Part shown: one piece after another, positions 14,223-25,924 of the stretch
Numbering within the stretch: position 1 is the first letter of the stretch
Layout of the letters: the number at the start of each line of letters is the position of its first letter
Source of the DNA: Intoshia linei
Taxonomy: Eukaryota > Animalia > Orthonectida
Assembly: GCA_001642005.1 (NCBI GenBank)
Contig: LWCA01000028.1
Location: 1-64,000, forward strand
Direction of reading: 5' to 3'
Length of the DNA: 64,000 nt
The notes under the pieces: generated by a model
Seen by the model: only the letters and a program-made list of their open reading frames with translations
What the model was told of the DNA's origin: nothing
The model's database searches: none
Translations under genes and position numbers: made by a program

Positions 14223-16460
14223 ATGATGAAAATGAATTCGTATCATAATTTGTGGTGGAAAGAGAAATACAATTTCGTAAATAATTTTAAAATGGACAAT
14301 GTAATGAAAATGATTGATAAAACTGTAAAACCAATAACAAATGGATTTCAAGCATACGATTACACAGTATCTTTTGATAGTAGAAAACTAACGATGCAAG
14401 ATCTCAATAAAGATGGAACAATTTACAAAAAAGTTATTAAACCAGGAAATGGTGACAAAATTATTCCAACAGGCACTATTTGGGGTAATTTAATTTTCAA
14501 AATTGTTTATTTTAAATTGAACATGAATAAATCTGATTTCTTTGTAAATTTTCAAAGATTTTTTTGAAATCTAAATGGGAGGTTTTTGGCATTGGATTTA
14601 CATTGTGTACAGTGTACACCTTATTAATCAATATAATTGTATAATTTAGTCGATATGACATGTTATCGTGAGTATGAAATTGAACCATCCATATCTACTT
14701 ATTTAACCGGTAAAACTGCTTGGTTGACCATTGAAGATAGTAATGTTTTCATTGTATCTTTTAAAATGAAATTTAGTTGTGGCAATTGGTTTGGTTAAAG
14801 CACTTTTATCAATGAGAGTTGGAGAAAGAGCTCAATTTTTGCTCGATAGCAAAGTCATGTATGGTGATGCCGGTTTATATGAAAATGGTACCATGAAATT
14901 TGAAAAAAACGAAAATTGTAGTAAAACAGTTTAATTGTATTTATTTCTTTTTAGTATTCTATGATATTGAATTGTACCATTTCAATGATTCTACAATTGT
15001 CCAAAAAATGCATGCAGTTCCAAAGGTATTTATTTATTATAGACAAACATTACATGTTTTATATAGAGTGAAAGACCAGATCTCGATATACAATTCCAGT
15101 ATGATTATTCTAGGAAAAACAGAATAGTAACTTTTTATATTTTTTATTTTAAATTTTTATCTAGGAAGGGAATGTTAAATTTAAGGCAAGACGATTTATA
15201 TCAGCAATTAAATTATACACTAGAGTAATTTTATTTAATTAATTTTATATAGTACACAAGAAATTATCATTTTCATAATTTTTTGATATAATTAATTAAT
15301 TAAGAACAGTAAACTAGGGACACCAAAAATTGACTATTTTATAAACAATTTGTTTATTCTTATTGTTTACAGTTTGTTACCATGATTTGTCAAATATACA
15401 AAAAGTAAATCTGTTCTTGTACAAAACTATTTTCTTTAACGTTTACTATAGGAAAATTTAGAAATTAAATTTAATTTAAATTGTGTTCTTATACAAAATG
15501 TTTACTGTATAGACAAAAATTTTTCGTAATTTTTTCGTATAATTGTAAAAAAAATAATCATGTATAGCATCGTATACATCGATTAAACAACTGATAGAGA
15601 AACAAAATTTTTTTATACATGGGGTGGTCTCATTGAATTAACCCCATTTCATTGATTTTTTTAAATTGTTGAATTGAAAATTTAGTCTATTGAGTGTCTG
15701 GAAAAAGCTCGAACAAGAACTCATATTGATAAACTACTCGTAAAAACTGAATTGGTTTTGAATTTATCAAATAGGTCTTTGATTTATTTGATAATGAAAA
15801 AATACGACGAAAGCATAAAGGATTCCCTTGATGTCTTAAAACACGATTCTTCAAATGTAAAGGCGTTATACAGACTCTTAAAGGTACATTGAATATTATT
15901 GTAAATATAGCCCTATTAGAGTCGCACAGCAGTAGATTCAGCTCTATTCGGCACTCTAGTGAAATGTAGTTGAAATTTATAATTGAGAACAATTTATTCA
16001 TAAAGCATGATAATTAAATTAGTGGGCTCTAATACGACGGGTTACAGGAAAATTATATATTTTTAATTTAAAAAATTTGTCCATTTCTACTATACTTTTC
16101 CACGGTTTTCAAAGCTCTTAATTTTTTTACACCGTTAAATGATCAATGATCAATAAAAAATTCAATGTAATATTTTAGGTCTATCGATTACTCGAAAACT
16201 ATGATGAATCCTTAATATACCTAAAAAGGTGTAGATCTTTGAACGTGATTGATTCGAATATAAACCGAGAAGCTAAACTGATTGACAGGTTGTTTGTTAT
16301 GTCTTATAACATATATTTTTTTATTTTTGTGTAAATTTATTAATTATTTTCAATTAGATATTATAAAGATAAAATGGACAAGGAAAAAATGATTTACAAG
16401 GATTTTAAACATAATTTATTAAAATATAATTGTGAAAATAAAGTTAGGATTGACATATAA
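14223..16460 (+). CDS. FKBP6: FKBP-type PPIase plus TPR co-chaperone, FKBP6/shutdown-like (spliced)
   Basis: MQDLNKDGTIYKKVIKPGNG, GLVKALLSMRVGERAQFLLDSKVMYG and FYDIELY form a single FKBP domain. TPR start EGNVKFKARRFISAIKLYTR at ~15165-15224. Last exons 16180-16460. Orthology to FKBP6 is inferred from domain architecture. Confidence 0.6.
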
Positions 16461-16520
16461 ATACTATGTACAAATATTTGTTTATTTTTGTAAATAAAAA
16501 TTTTATTTGTTTTTAATTTG

Positions 16521-18726
16521 ATGACGACACATGAAGAAAATTTGGCTTTAATTCAAATTAATAAAAGTACATTTTATATGGTATATTCAGTTTTTTTAAG
16601 GTTGTTAAAAAATTGATTTTATTTTTAACAGTTATTTTGTGACAATATGAATTATTTCAGACAGCTTTCAAAACTTAAATTTTGATATAAAAATCCTTAT
16701 ATAATTAATAATAATAATAACATAATTTCATTTAAAAAATTTAAATTAAATACATCACTGATACATTTTTTTAAATTTTCGACTGTTGATACCAGTGGTT
16801 CAAATAGTGTGCAGATTTTAAAAATATTTTTTTTTATTGAATCAAAAGAAAATATAAAACGTTTATGAAAAAGGAAAGGTTTTTCTCATAAGATTTGATA
16901 AAATATTGGAAACAAAGGATATTTCCTTTACACATTGGTAAACTAATTTTGTATTTTGTGGTTTGATTAAGTGCATTTTTCATTAAAATGTTTGGTAAAA
17001 TCGGATTTTTCAAAAAAATATCGGTAAAAGTAGATTTTTCCCTGATGGTTTCAAATGGTAGTTTTTATTAAATTTTATGTTTATGTTTGGATGGTGGGAT
17101 AAAAGTGGGATTTTTGAAATAACGTAGTAGTCGTCTAAGCTTCGGGATAAATCCCAAACATCTGTCAACTGTAATAAATATTAAAAATTTTCAATAAAAA
17201 TCAAGTACCGTATATACGTATTCCTAACTTTTTTGACCACAAATTATTTGTATTAAAAAGTTGAATACTATTATAAACTATAAATTTAAATTTGATATCA
17301 TATCAACTGAAACATAATTTAGAAAATGATGAATGTGGCAAACAATATTTTTTACCTATTTTAGCATTCTCGTTTTCCTTTGTCTGTGGGTGCAGTGTAG
17401 GTTTATATAAATGTAACATTTATTTATTGTTTTAAAATAGCATATCCATCTCCAGTTTTACCGATATTGGTGAAAGAAGGATTATTGAGTGAATATTCCA
17501 AAACATGGTACGCCTCTCTGCTTAGTATTGGTGCGATTTTCGGAGGACCTATAGCAGGGTATATCTCTAGATGTTTAGGAAGGAAAAAGTGTATTTTATT
17601 TACGACTCTACCTTTATGTTTGGGTTGGCATTTGACCAATGTTGCAGAATTTGTACCAAAGAATTATGCTTTCATATTCTTACTTATTTCTAGAATTTTT
17701 GCTGGTATGGGGTTTTCGATGGCAATTTTGGTGTGTACAACTTATATGAACGAAAGTGTTTCAAAAGATAAAAGAGGATTATATTCAACGTTTTTTAGTT
17801 TAGGAATTTCCAGTGCAATTTTAACAATGTATGGCATTGGAAATTTAATACATTGGAGCACAACTACCATCATTTGTGTTGTTCCATTGATAATTACCAT
17901 ATGTGTTACTATATATAGCCCAGAAAGCCCTCGGTGGTTAATTCAAAATAACAAGTATGCTGAAGGAATTGATTCATTGACATGGCTAAGAGGCTCAAGA
18001 AGAAATTCAGTTATAGAAGGAAATGAAATTTTAAATTCGCTTGAAAAGGAGGACAATAAGAAACCCACATTTTACTGTAAAATGATGATGATGCAATCTA
18101 GAAAGTATTACAAACCTTTTATAATTTGTTTATTTTTGCACATTATTCAACAATTAACGTTTATTAATGGGATCTTGAGTTATTCAAACGAAATATTAAT
18201 TGATGCAGGTTATCGGAAAACGGATTTGTTACCATTAATGACCATTGGGTCTATACAATTAATTGCTTCAATATTATGCACTCTATTACTAGATAAATGC
18301 GGCAGGAGGCCTTTATTGCTTGTCAGTATATTAATTTTATTTGGTTCTTTGCTATCGTTTGGTATTTATTACAATGTGGCACAAGTGTCAAGTTGTTATA
18401 AATTTCCGAAATACATTGTTGTCATTGTTTTGGCTACTTACTTGTTTGGGTTTAATTTGGGATTAGCCATTATCCCATGGACGATTATGACTGAAATTTT
18501 ACCACCAATTACCAGAGATGATGTTGCTTCTTTTATAACAATTTTAAATTGGACTTTGGCCTTTATCACAACGAAAATATTTATAGGTGCTCAAAAATAT
18601 CTTACCACGTACGGTTTTATGTATTTAAATGCCATTTTTACTTTTTTCGGTTTTATTTTTGTAATTGTTATTGTACCGGAAACTAAACACAAATCTCTCG
18701 AAGAAATTCAAAATTCAATCTATTAA
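16521..18726 (+). CDS. MFS sugar porter, Tret1/GLUT8-like
   Basis: Motifs GRKK, ESVS..RG, PESPRWL, QQLTFIN, DKCGRRPLL and VPETK in ORF 17467-18726. Upstream exons 17323-17400 and, probably, 16521-16566 are in phase. Confidence 0.9.
16793..17180 (-). mobile_element. hAT MITE fragment (TTTTACCAA tandem-repeat family)
   Basis: CAGTGGTTC terminus and reverse-complement similarity to 20781-21888 and 38599-39400. Confidence 0.55.
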
Positions 18727-19264
18727 ATGCAACATGTCTACTTTCTTTTTACTGTATTATTGGTACAATTTAATTTTGAAGGCCAGAAAAATATCTTTAA
18801 ATGTACAGTATTTTAAAAATTAAAATGTTTTTTTATTCATTCGATTTAATGATTACTTTATATTTTTTATTAAATTGTACAATAGGGTGTCCACTTTTTT
18901 TATAAGAAAAACCTATTTTGCATGTGGATGCCTTTTTGATTTTAAACATTTATTACTCAAAAAAATGAAATCGGTTAATATTTACTTCTTAAATGTAATT
19001 ATTGCAATTCATCAAAAACCAAAATAAATTTAAAAAAACATGGTACACAAAACATGATAAACACATCAAGAGAATTACCAACATAATTATAATTTTTAAA
19101 TAAAAAAATCAATAAAACCTTTATAAAAAAACATTTAAATAATTTTATTTCTACTCCACTCCGAACGAGGCCACGTATGTACTCATTTATAAATCAATTT
19201 TCTTGTTCTATTTAATTTTCGTTCTAAATTAAACATTAAATTTAAATCGGGTCAGCGTGAGTAG

Positions 19265-19795
19265 ATGGAGGAAATAAAATTGGGTAAAATCTTGATAAAA
19301 ATAAACTTTATGTGTAGTTCTGAAAGCGATTTATCAAGAAATTTATAATAAAAGTGGATTTAAAAAAACCAACATACTTTATGCTCTGAGAGCTTCAGGT
19401 CAATCACCAATCGAAGAAAGTGTGAATGAAGCAACACAAGACATTAGTTTATTATTATAAAACAAATTCATACAATTTAGATGAAAATGACGAAATTACA
19501 TTAAATGAATTTTTAAAAATATGCGACACAATCGGACTAAAAACGAAAAAGGAACAATATGAGCAATTGAATGAAACATTAGAATATTTCGACAAAAATG
19601 ATACAAATATTATCAATTGGAATGAAATGAAATTATGCTTGTTTCAATTTGGATTCGATGAAAAGGAATTGAAAGAAATGAAGGAAGTACTAAAGATACC
19701 AAATAATGGAGAGTGTAGTTTAAAAGGCAAGAAAATTTATAAAATTTAATATATATACCAATATAGATGTAATAGAAAAATTTATGGAAAATTAA
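19265..19795 (+). CDS. Calmodulin/myosin light chain-like EF-hand protein (spliced)
   Basis: ALRASGQSPIEESV (compare CaM RSLGQNPTEAE), EITLNEFLKIC and FDKNDTNIINWNEMK. The last exon is joined by a probable GC-AG intron. Confidence 0.7.
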
Positions 19796-19835
19796 TAAAT
19801 TATTCGAAAATTTTACAATTCCAAAGATTAACAAT

Positions 19836-22800
19836 TTAAAGGGGTGTAGTTTTTCCAGAAAATTTGGTTTTAACAGTTTCCGCTTTATCAAAATTCCCTT
19901 CTAAATCATCAGCTTCCCTGGAAAGCTGTGCATTGTAATTTTTGTTAATGTTATTTATGAAAGAATCAAAAGAGTCTGTGCATACTTTCATTCCCGATAA
20001 ACCATTACCAATTCCGTCAAGTGTTTTTTTGTAATTAGTTTTACACTTGAACATGTCTAATTCAGGAAACGAATTTACCAATTTACTAAATTCTAAAATG
20101 TGACCGGATTCTTCTTCAGAAAATGGCGATTTTATGTCTTCGTCCAGGTCAACTTTATCATCGTGCGAATTTTGAATACCTTTAGTATATGCAGTATCAG
20201 TTAAATTTTCAAAAGTTGGTGTAACTGCAGCTAAATGATCAGCGTCTCTTAGTGTCACCGGAATTTTTGAAAGTTTTTTGCATTCGAAAGCCTTCATAAA
20301 TAGTGAACCAAATGGTATACAGTCAATTGATTCCTCTTTTCTGTTTTTGTATTTAGACCAATCGATAGCATCCAAGTTTGCAAAGACTGGATTATTTAAT
20401 GGAGGAAGTGGGTCATACATGGCACTTTTATTATCAGATTCTCTACTCAGCCTCCTGCAGAACTCACTAGAATTTGATGTTAGAATACTCTTTCTAGAAT
20501 TTATTGGCTTTTCAAATTGACGATATTTGTTTAATAAGTTACAATTCTCAGTTTTATCACTAGCGTGCGAATTTGACCAGTTTGAATGTGCACCAGGATC
20601 CAAGTAAGAAATTTCCATAGATTTTGAATAATGCATACTTTTTGTACCCATCGCATCAGGTTCAAGCAAGGCATCTTCTAATGTTTCTTTATCTATCTAA
20701 ACAATAAAATACTTGAGTAAAAAATTTATTTATTCACGAAACCAATTTCGTGTGTTGCAGAACTACTAACCACAATAGTACAGTATTTCTCGATTGGGGT
20801 CCGTGAGATTCAAATAAAATATAAAAAAAATTTATCAAATTTTGTTGTTTTCCTCTATCAAAGAGAATCCTTTACTGGAGATAAATGAATGTCTGTGTGT
20901 GTGTAACAATTTATTGAAAAAATTGACAGTCAAAATTTAAACAAATCCAATTTCTAATACAGTTTTTCCCAGAGAGCTAAAAATGTGTATTAAACGTCTA
21001 CACATTTCCAATAAATTAATATGGGTGGAAATATATATAATTGATTCCTTCGGGTTTTTTTGGTTGCTAGGAAATTTTGATTCTCATTTTCAAAACATTT
21101 TGTTTACAAAATATTTTTAAAATACTGTTAAAAATTTAAATTAAAACTACATCAACAAATTACTAAAATTAATATTATTTCAAAAACCCCATTTTAATTC
21201 TAGCATTAATAAAATTTAATAAAAAATACCATTTCAAACCATCAGAAAACAATTCTATTTTACCAAACCTTATGAAAATAATCCACTTAATCAAAACCTA
21301 AAATAAAAAACCCCATTTTTCGAATAATCAACTTAATCAAACCATAAAATAAAAAATACCATTTTAATAACCGTTAAGGGAAAAATCCTATTTTTCCCAT
21401 ATTTTTTTATGAAATTCCGATTTTACCAAATCTTATGAGCAAACCATTTCTTAATTCACAACCTAAAATAAAAAATCCCATTTTTCCTGTATTTTTTGAA
21501 AAGTCCATTTAATCAAACCACAAAATAAAAAATACAATTTTAACAACCCTTAAGGGAAAATCCCCTTTTACCAATATTTTTTTGAAATTCCAATTTTACA
21601 AAATCTTATGAGCAACAGCTTATTAATCAAAAATAAAAAATTTCCTTTTTTCAATATTCTCTGTTGAAAAATCCACTTAATCAAACCCCAAAATAAAAAA
21701 TATAATTTTACCAACCCTAAATAGAAAAATCCTCTTTTTTCAATATTTTATCGTAAATACGATTTTACCAAATCTTATAAGCAAAACTTTACGTTTTTCA
21801 TAAATGTTTTATATATCATGTTTCCTTTTGGTTAAAAAAAATTATTGTGAAATTTGGATCCGTATACTATTTGAATCGGAAATCACTGCACTAGTGGTTT
21901 ATCAGTCATCTTTAAATGTTTCTAGTAATTAGTAATAAGTAGTTTCTCACTTTTTTCCAGCTTTACGCTGCTACAGTAAAAAAATTTTCCTATACCTTAA
22001 TTTGATTTTCTATTAATGAACAATAGTAGCCACGACAATTAGGTCCACCAACCTGAAAATCAGCTATTTAATCTACACACAACCGAATCAACCAAACTCG
22101 AGGCCAATGCCAAAAATGTCAAAAATGATTTAAAAAAAATTTCGTCGAGGTCACAAAAAAAGTTATCAGAATACGCTAGGTTCGACTGTTGGTCTACGTA
22201 AAAGCGTTAAATCATCGTTATAAATAATACAGGTTTTGGTTATTGCAAAAATTTTGATTCAACCAGGACTGCAATAACCGTTCAAAGCAATTGATTTTTT
22301 GACAAATGGAAAAAACTATCAAGTCGGTTATACAAAAATTTAATTTTAGTTCATTTGTTGCGATACATATTTTCAATTTTTGCCCTAAGAGTTTTGACTA
22401 ATTAGTCAAATAGATTATTTGTCTTGCAAGTTTCTTATTTTGAAGGTAATTCAACCAATTTAAAAAATCCTAATTTAGTCAGTTCAAAATGTAACTGGTC
22501 TATGAACCACAGTGAGGTTCTGCAACACAATCCAAAGTTCCAGTTCAAAATAATTTGTGTTAAATGGTGTTATTGGACAAGTTAAAACATAATATTCAAT
22601 ATATTTAAAAATTGTATTTCAGCCATTATGAATAAAAATTAAATCAATAGTCACTAAAATAAAGCTGAAAATGTTGTCTAGTCAAAAATTCATACGCTGT
22701 CTGTATTTAAATTTCCATAGGTCGATGGTCGATTAAATTATTCGAATAAATAATAATTCAATACAAATCAAATGAAATTGATTGGCTGTATTAAAAATTT

Positions 22801-23841
22801 AACAAAAAAGATGCAACAATTAAAAATGCAAGAGGTGTATGATACATTTTTTAGAGACCCATTCAAATGCATAATTATCATAGATTAAATTCCTAAAATG
22901 AACTAAGGAACTGGGTGCGGAACGCGATTAAAAAATTTAAATACCTTGGAAGAACAAATAATTTTGTTATTTTCAGATATACTTTTATTGACTTTAAATA
23001 ATTCTTCTTTAGCTTTGTAGATACCTAAAATATCACGATTGTAATTAACACCCATTGAAATGATTCCTAAAGGAGTATTAACTTCGCCAACAAAAAAGTG
23101 TTTTGCGGCATAAGGATCGGCTAAGTTATCAATAGTCCTATCTCCCACATACAATTTATAACACATGGAAAATTTATCACTAGAAAGTTGGTCGACAGCC
23201 CATTGGTAAGCAGGAAGGGTTCTGGAGATTAAAAGTAACGATTTTAAAATTTGAGTCATATTATGATAAATATTGTAAGACATTGAATTTGAATTGGTGG
23301 AGTATATTTTTTCATTATTAATATACCAAGTCTCAATTATAATGTGATTAAATTCATCGGAAGGATTTTCTCCATTTATACGATTCAATTTTTTGCATTG
23401 ATACTTGGAGTTGATACAAATGGAAATTTCAATACAAATGTCTTGGTTCGGTTCCAAGCATTCATCGAGTATGACTTGTTTCATTTCATTTAGCTTGGGT
23501 ACATTTTCTGGGAGAACAATATTAAACCAATTTTTAGATAATTTTGAAATGAGTTTATCATCATTTTTTGAAGTGGAACATTCCTTGTTCTCTGCAACTG
23601 GACAGGGAGGACGGCATGGAGTATTGAGTGGAACTCCCGTCCTAGATTGACATATAATTTGTATAGCTTTTAAATAAAAATTTCGTAGATAATTCGAAAT
23701 TTCAAAATTTGTAGATACACTCAGCTTCTGCATTTGAGTATCAGATTTTAAGTTTGTTAAATGATTTATTGGTTGCATCTTTTCAAATTGTAAATTCGCA
23801 TTCAAAAGAGCAGTCTCTCCGTCTTGATATTTTTTTGACAT
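19836..23841 (-). CDS. ATG13: Autophagy-related protein 13 (HORMA domain plus disordered tail)
   Basis: KAIQIICQSR, WFNI, IIETW, LKSLLLISRTLPAY and VGEVNTPLG are ATG13 HORMA hallmarks. C-terminal exon 19836-20696. Middle exons are uncertain. Confidence 0.85.
20781..21888. mobile_element. hAT MITE with internal tandem array, in an ATG13 intron
   Basis: CAGTATTTCTC...GGAAATCACTG termini. TSD CAATAGTA/CACTAGTG (6/8 match, central TA). Tandem array at ~21180-21790. Confidence 0.75.
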
Positions 23842-25924
23842 GCAGATTAGTATATACGGCACGATCTTGTATTATCTTTGTTTTAGTAGATTTTTGAAAA
23901 AAAAACAAATTCAGTGCGTGCAGACATAGTATTAAACTTGCTATTAAATGACAGATTTAAATGTATTTGATTAATTGTGTAAATATCAATTCTGTTTCTA
24001 TTCGATTCTTTAAAAATTTTAATTTCTCAAACAACTTGAAAACTAGTTTCAAATCTTCTTATAATCTTCAAAATGCAACTTTATTTAGCTCAAACACTAC
24101 TATATTGTATTGTTATTTATAGGTCACTATGTATCTACAGAAATAATTTACAATAATCTTGAATTATCAACAAATTTTGTGATTATTAAAAAAATTTATT
24201 TGGCTTATTTTTTTCTCTATTATGTTATCATTATAACCATTGATAATTATAGCAATTGTATTCATCTGAAATTTGCGTCTATAGTCAAATATTAGGCTGT
24301 ATATAATTTATTCTTAAACGTCAGTTGAAAACTAATAAATTATTACAATGAATCTTTGTTTAATCATAAAAATTTATCACATATAAGTTTTGCATAAACA
24401 CGTGTAGTCTAATTCTTGAGGCTTGAAATCTTTGCAAAAAATTAATTACACATAGTTACGAAAAAGCAATAAATAATTTGCTAGCAAATTGCTAGTAGCA
24501 ATACACTATTTCTCGGTTTGATTTTACAAATAAAACCTTCATGCTGCTTATCATTGATCATTGAAACATGAAAATTCGTAACAATTTGAGAAAAATTAAA
24601 ATTATTTTACGTTAGTCATATTGGAAATTTATGGAATATCGAATTTAAATTTATTTCGTAAAATTTATGAAATTGCAGTCGTAGTTATAGAACTACTCAG
24701 TGGAAAAGTTTTCTGACAACTCTGCTAACATAAAGTGGCCAGAAAAATACGTTATATTACTTAAATTTAGTCTTAATTTATTTGGAATAAATTTCAGCAG
24801 AAAATTTTTGTTTGTCATTTAGTATTTTTGACTTTAACACTAAATAAACTAAAATTGATAGTACGTATTTTTTATGGCCTCTTTAGCTAGAGTGTCCAGT
24901 ATGGTGTCATATTTTTTCGAAAATGTTAGAATTCGATGGACAATTAGCACTAAAACACTTTTAGTGCTATTTAGTAGTATATAGCTATAGTGTGTATTTT
25001 TAAAATAGAAAAACTAGTTCGCAATCAAAAACATTTAACGCTATCTAATAAAGTAGGTTAAATATAACGCAAAAGGTTAAAATAAAAAAAATTGTTATTC
25101 AGCCCTTCCAATTTAATTTCATTGAATATAGTTGATATGATACAAAAACATACATTGTCTATAGAAAAAGAATTTGATACATTGAAAAACATCAGTTTCA
25201 TAAATGACCCTTGCCAATACAAAGGAAATTTAATTTAAAAAATAATAATTGATGCAGATGATATATCACCATTTAGTTCATTTTTTGAGAAATGACCCAT
25301 CTACGTCAATTATCTTGATACATTAAATTAAATTGAGTTAAATTTAGTACACCTGGAAGCGATTTTTATTTTGAACAAGTAGAAATCACTGTTTCTGCAT
25401 CATTTTTTTAAAAATACATCTACATGGCGAAAAAATTCCTAAAACAGGCATATTTGATGGTCATTGGAAATGGTGAATGAAGTAGATATGTGGAGTGTTA
25501 TATATGATTGGAAAAGAAAAATCTTTACGTTACACTGTGTGTAATACACACTACGAAATTATAAACAGAAATGAACACTATTAATGAATACTACTAACAA
25601 AATGAAGCGGATTATATGAAAAATATAATTATAATATATACTGAACTGTTAGTAAAAAATGTTAGTTTATTTATAGATCAGAAAGACTGTACTAATTATA
25701 ATAATCTAATAATAATAATAAATAATTAATTATAAAGAAAATTTGAATAATCTAACCATTAATGATAATGAATTTCATCAGTATTATCTAATGACCATAT
25801 AATTTGACACTACATATTCGTTATTCTGCCGAGTTTAAAATAAGTAATTAAGGAAAATATTGAACAACATTTATCAAAAATATAAATTTACAATATTTGA
25901 AATTTGACATAAAATTAACATATT

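Noticed and set aside
14223-16460. FKBP6 and the viral insert as a linked antiviral system
   Set aside because: They are 47 kb apart with unrelated housekeeping genes between them. Proximity is uninformative, and FKBP6 orthology is unconfirmed.
21180-21790. CRISPR-like array
   Set aside because: These are degenerate tandem repeats without unique spacers or cas genes, in eukaryotic DNA and inside a MITE.
20743-21930. MITE inserted in an ATG13 exon and spliced out (introner-like)
   Set aside because: The flanks are better explained as part of the enclosing TG...CA element, and there are no convincing splice sites at the MITE ends.
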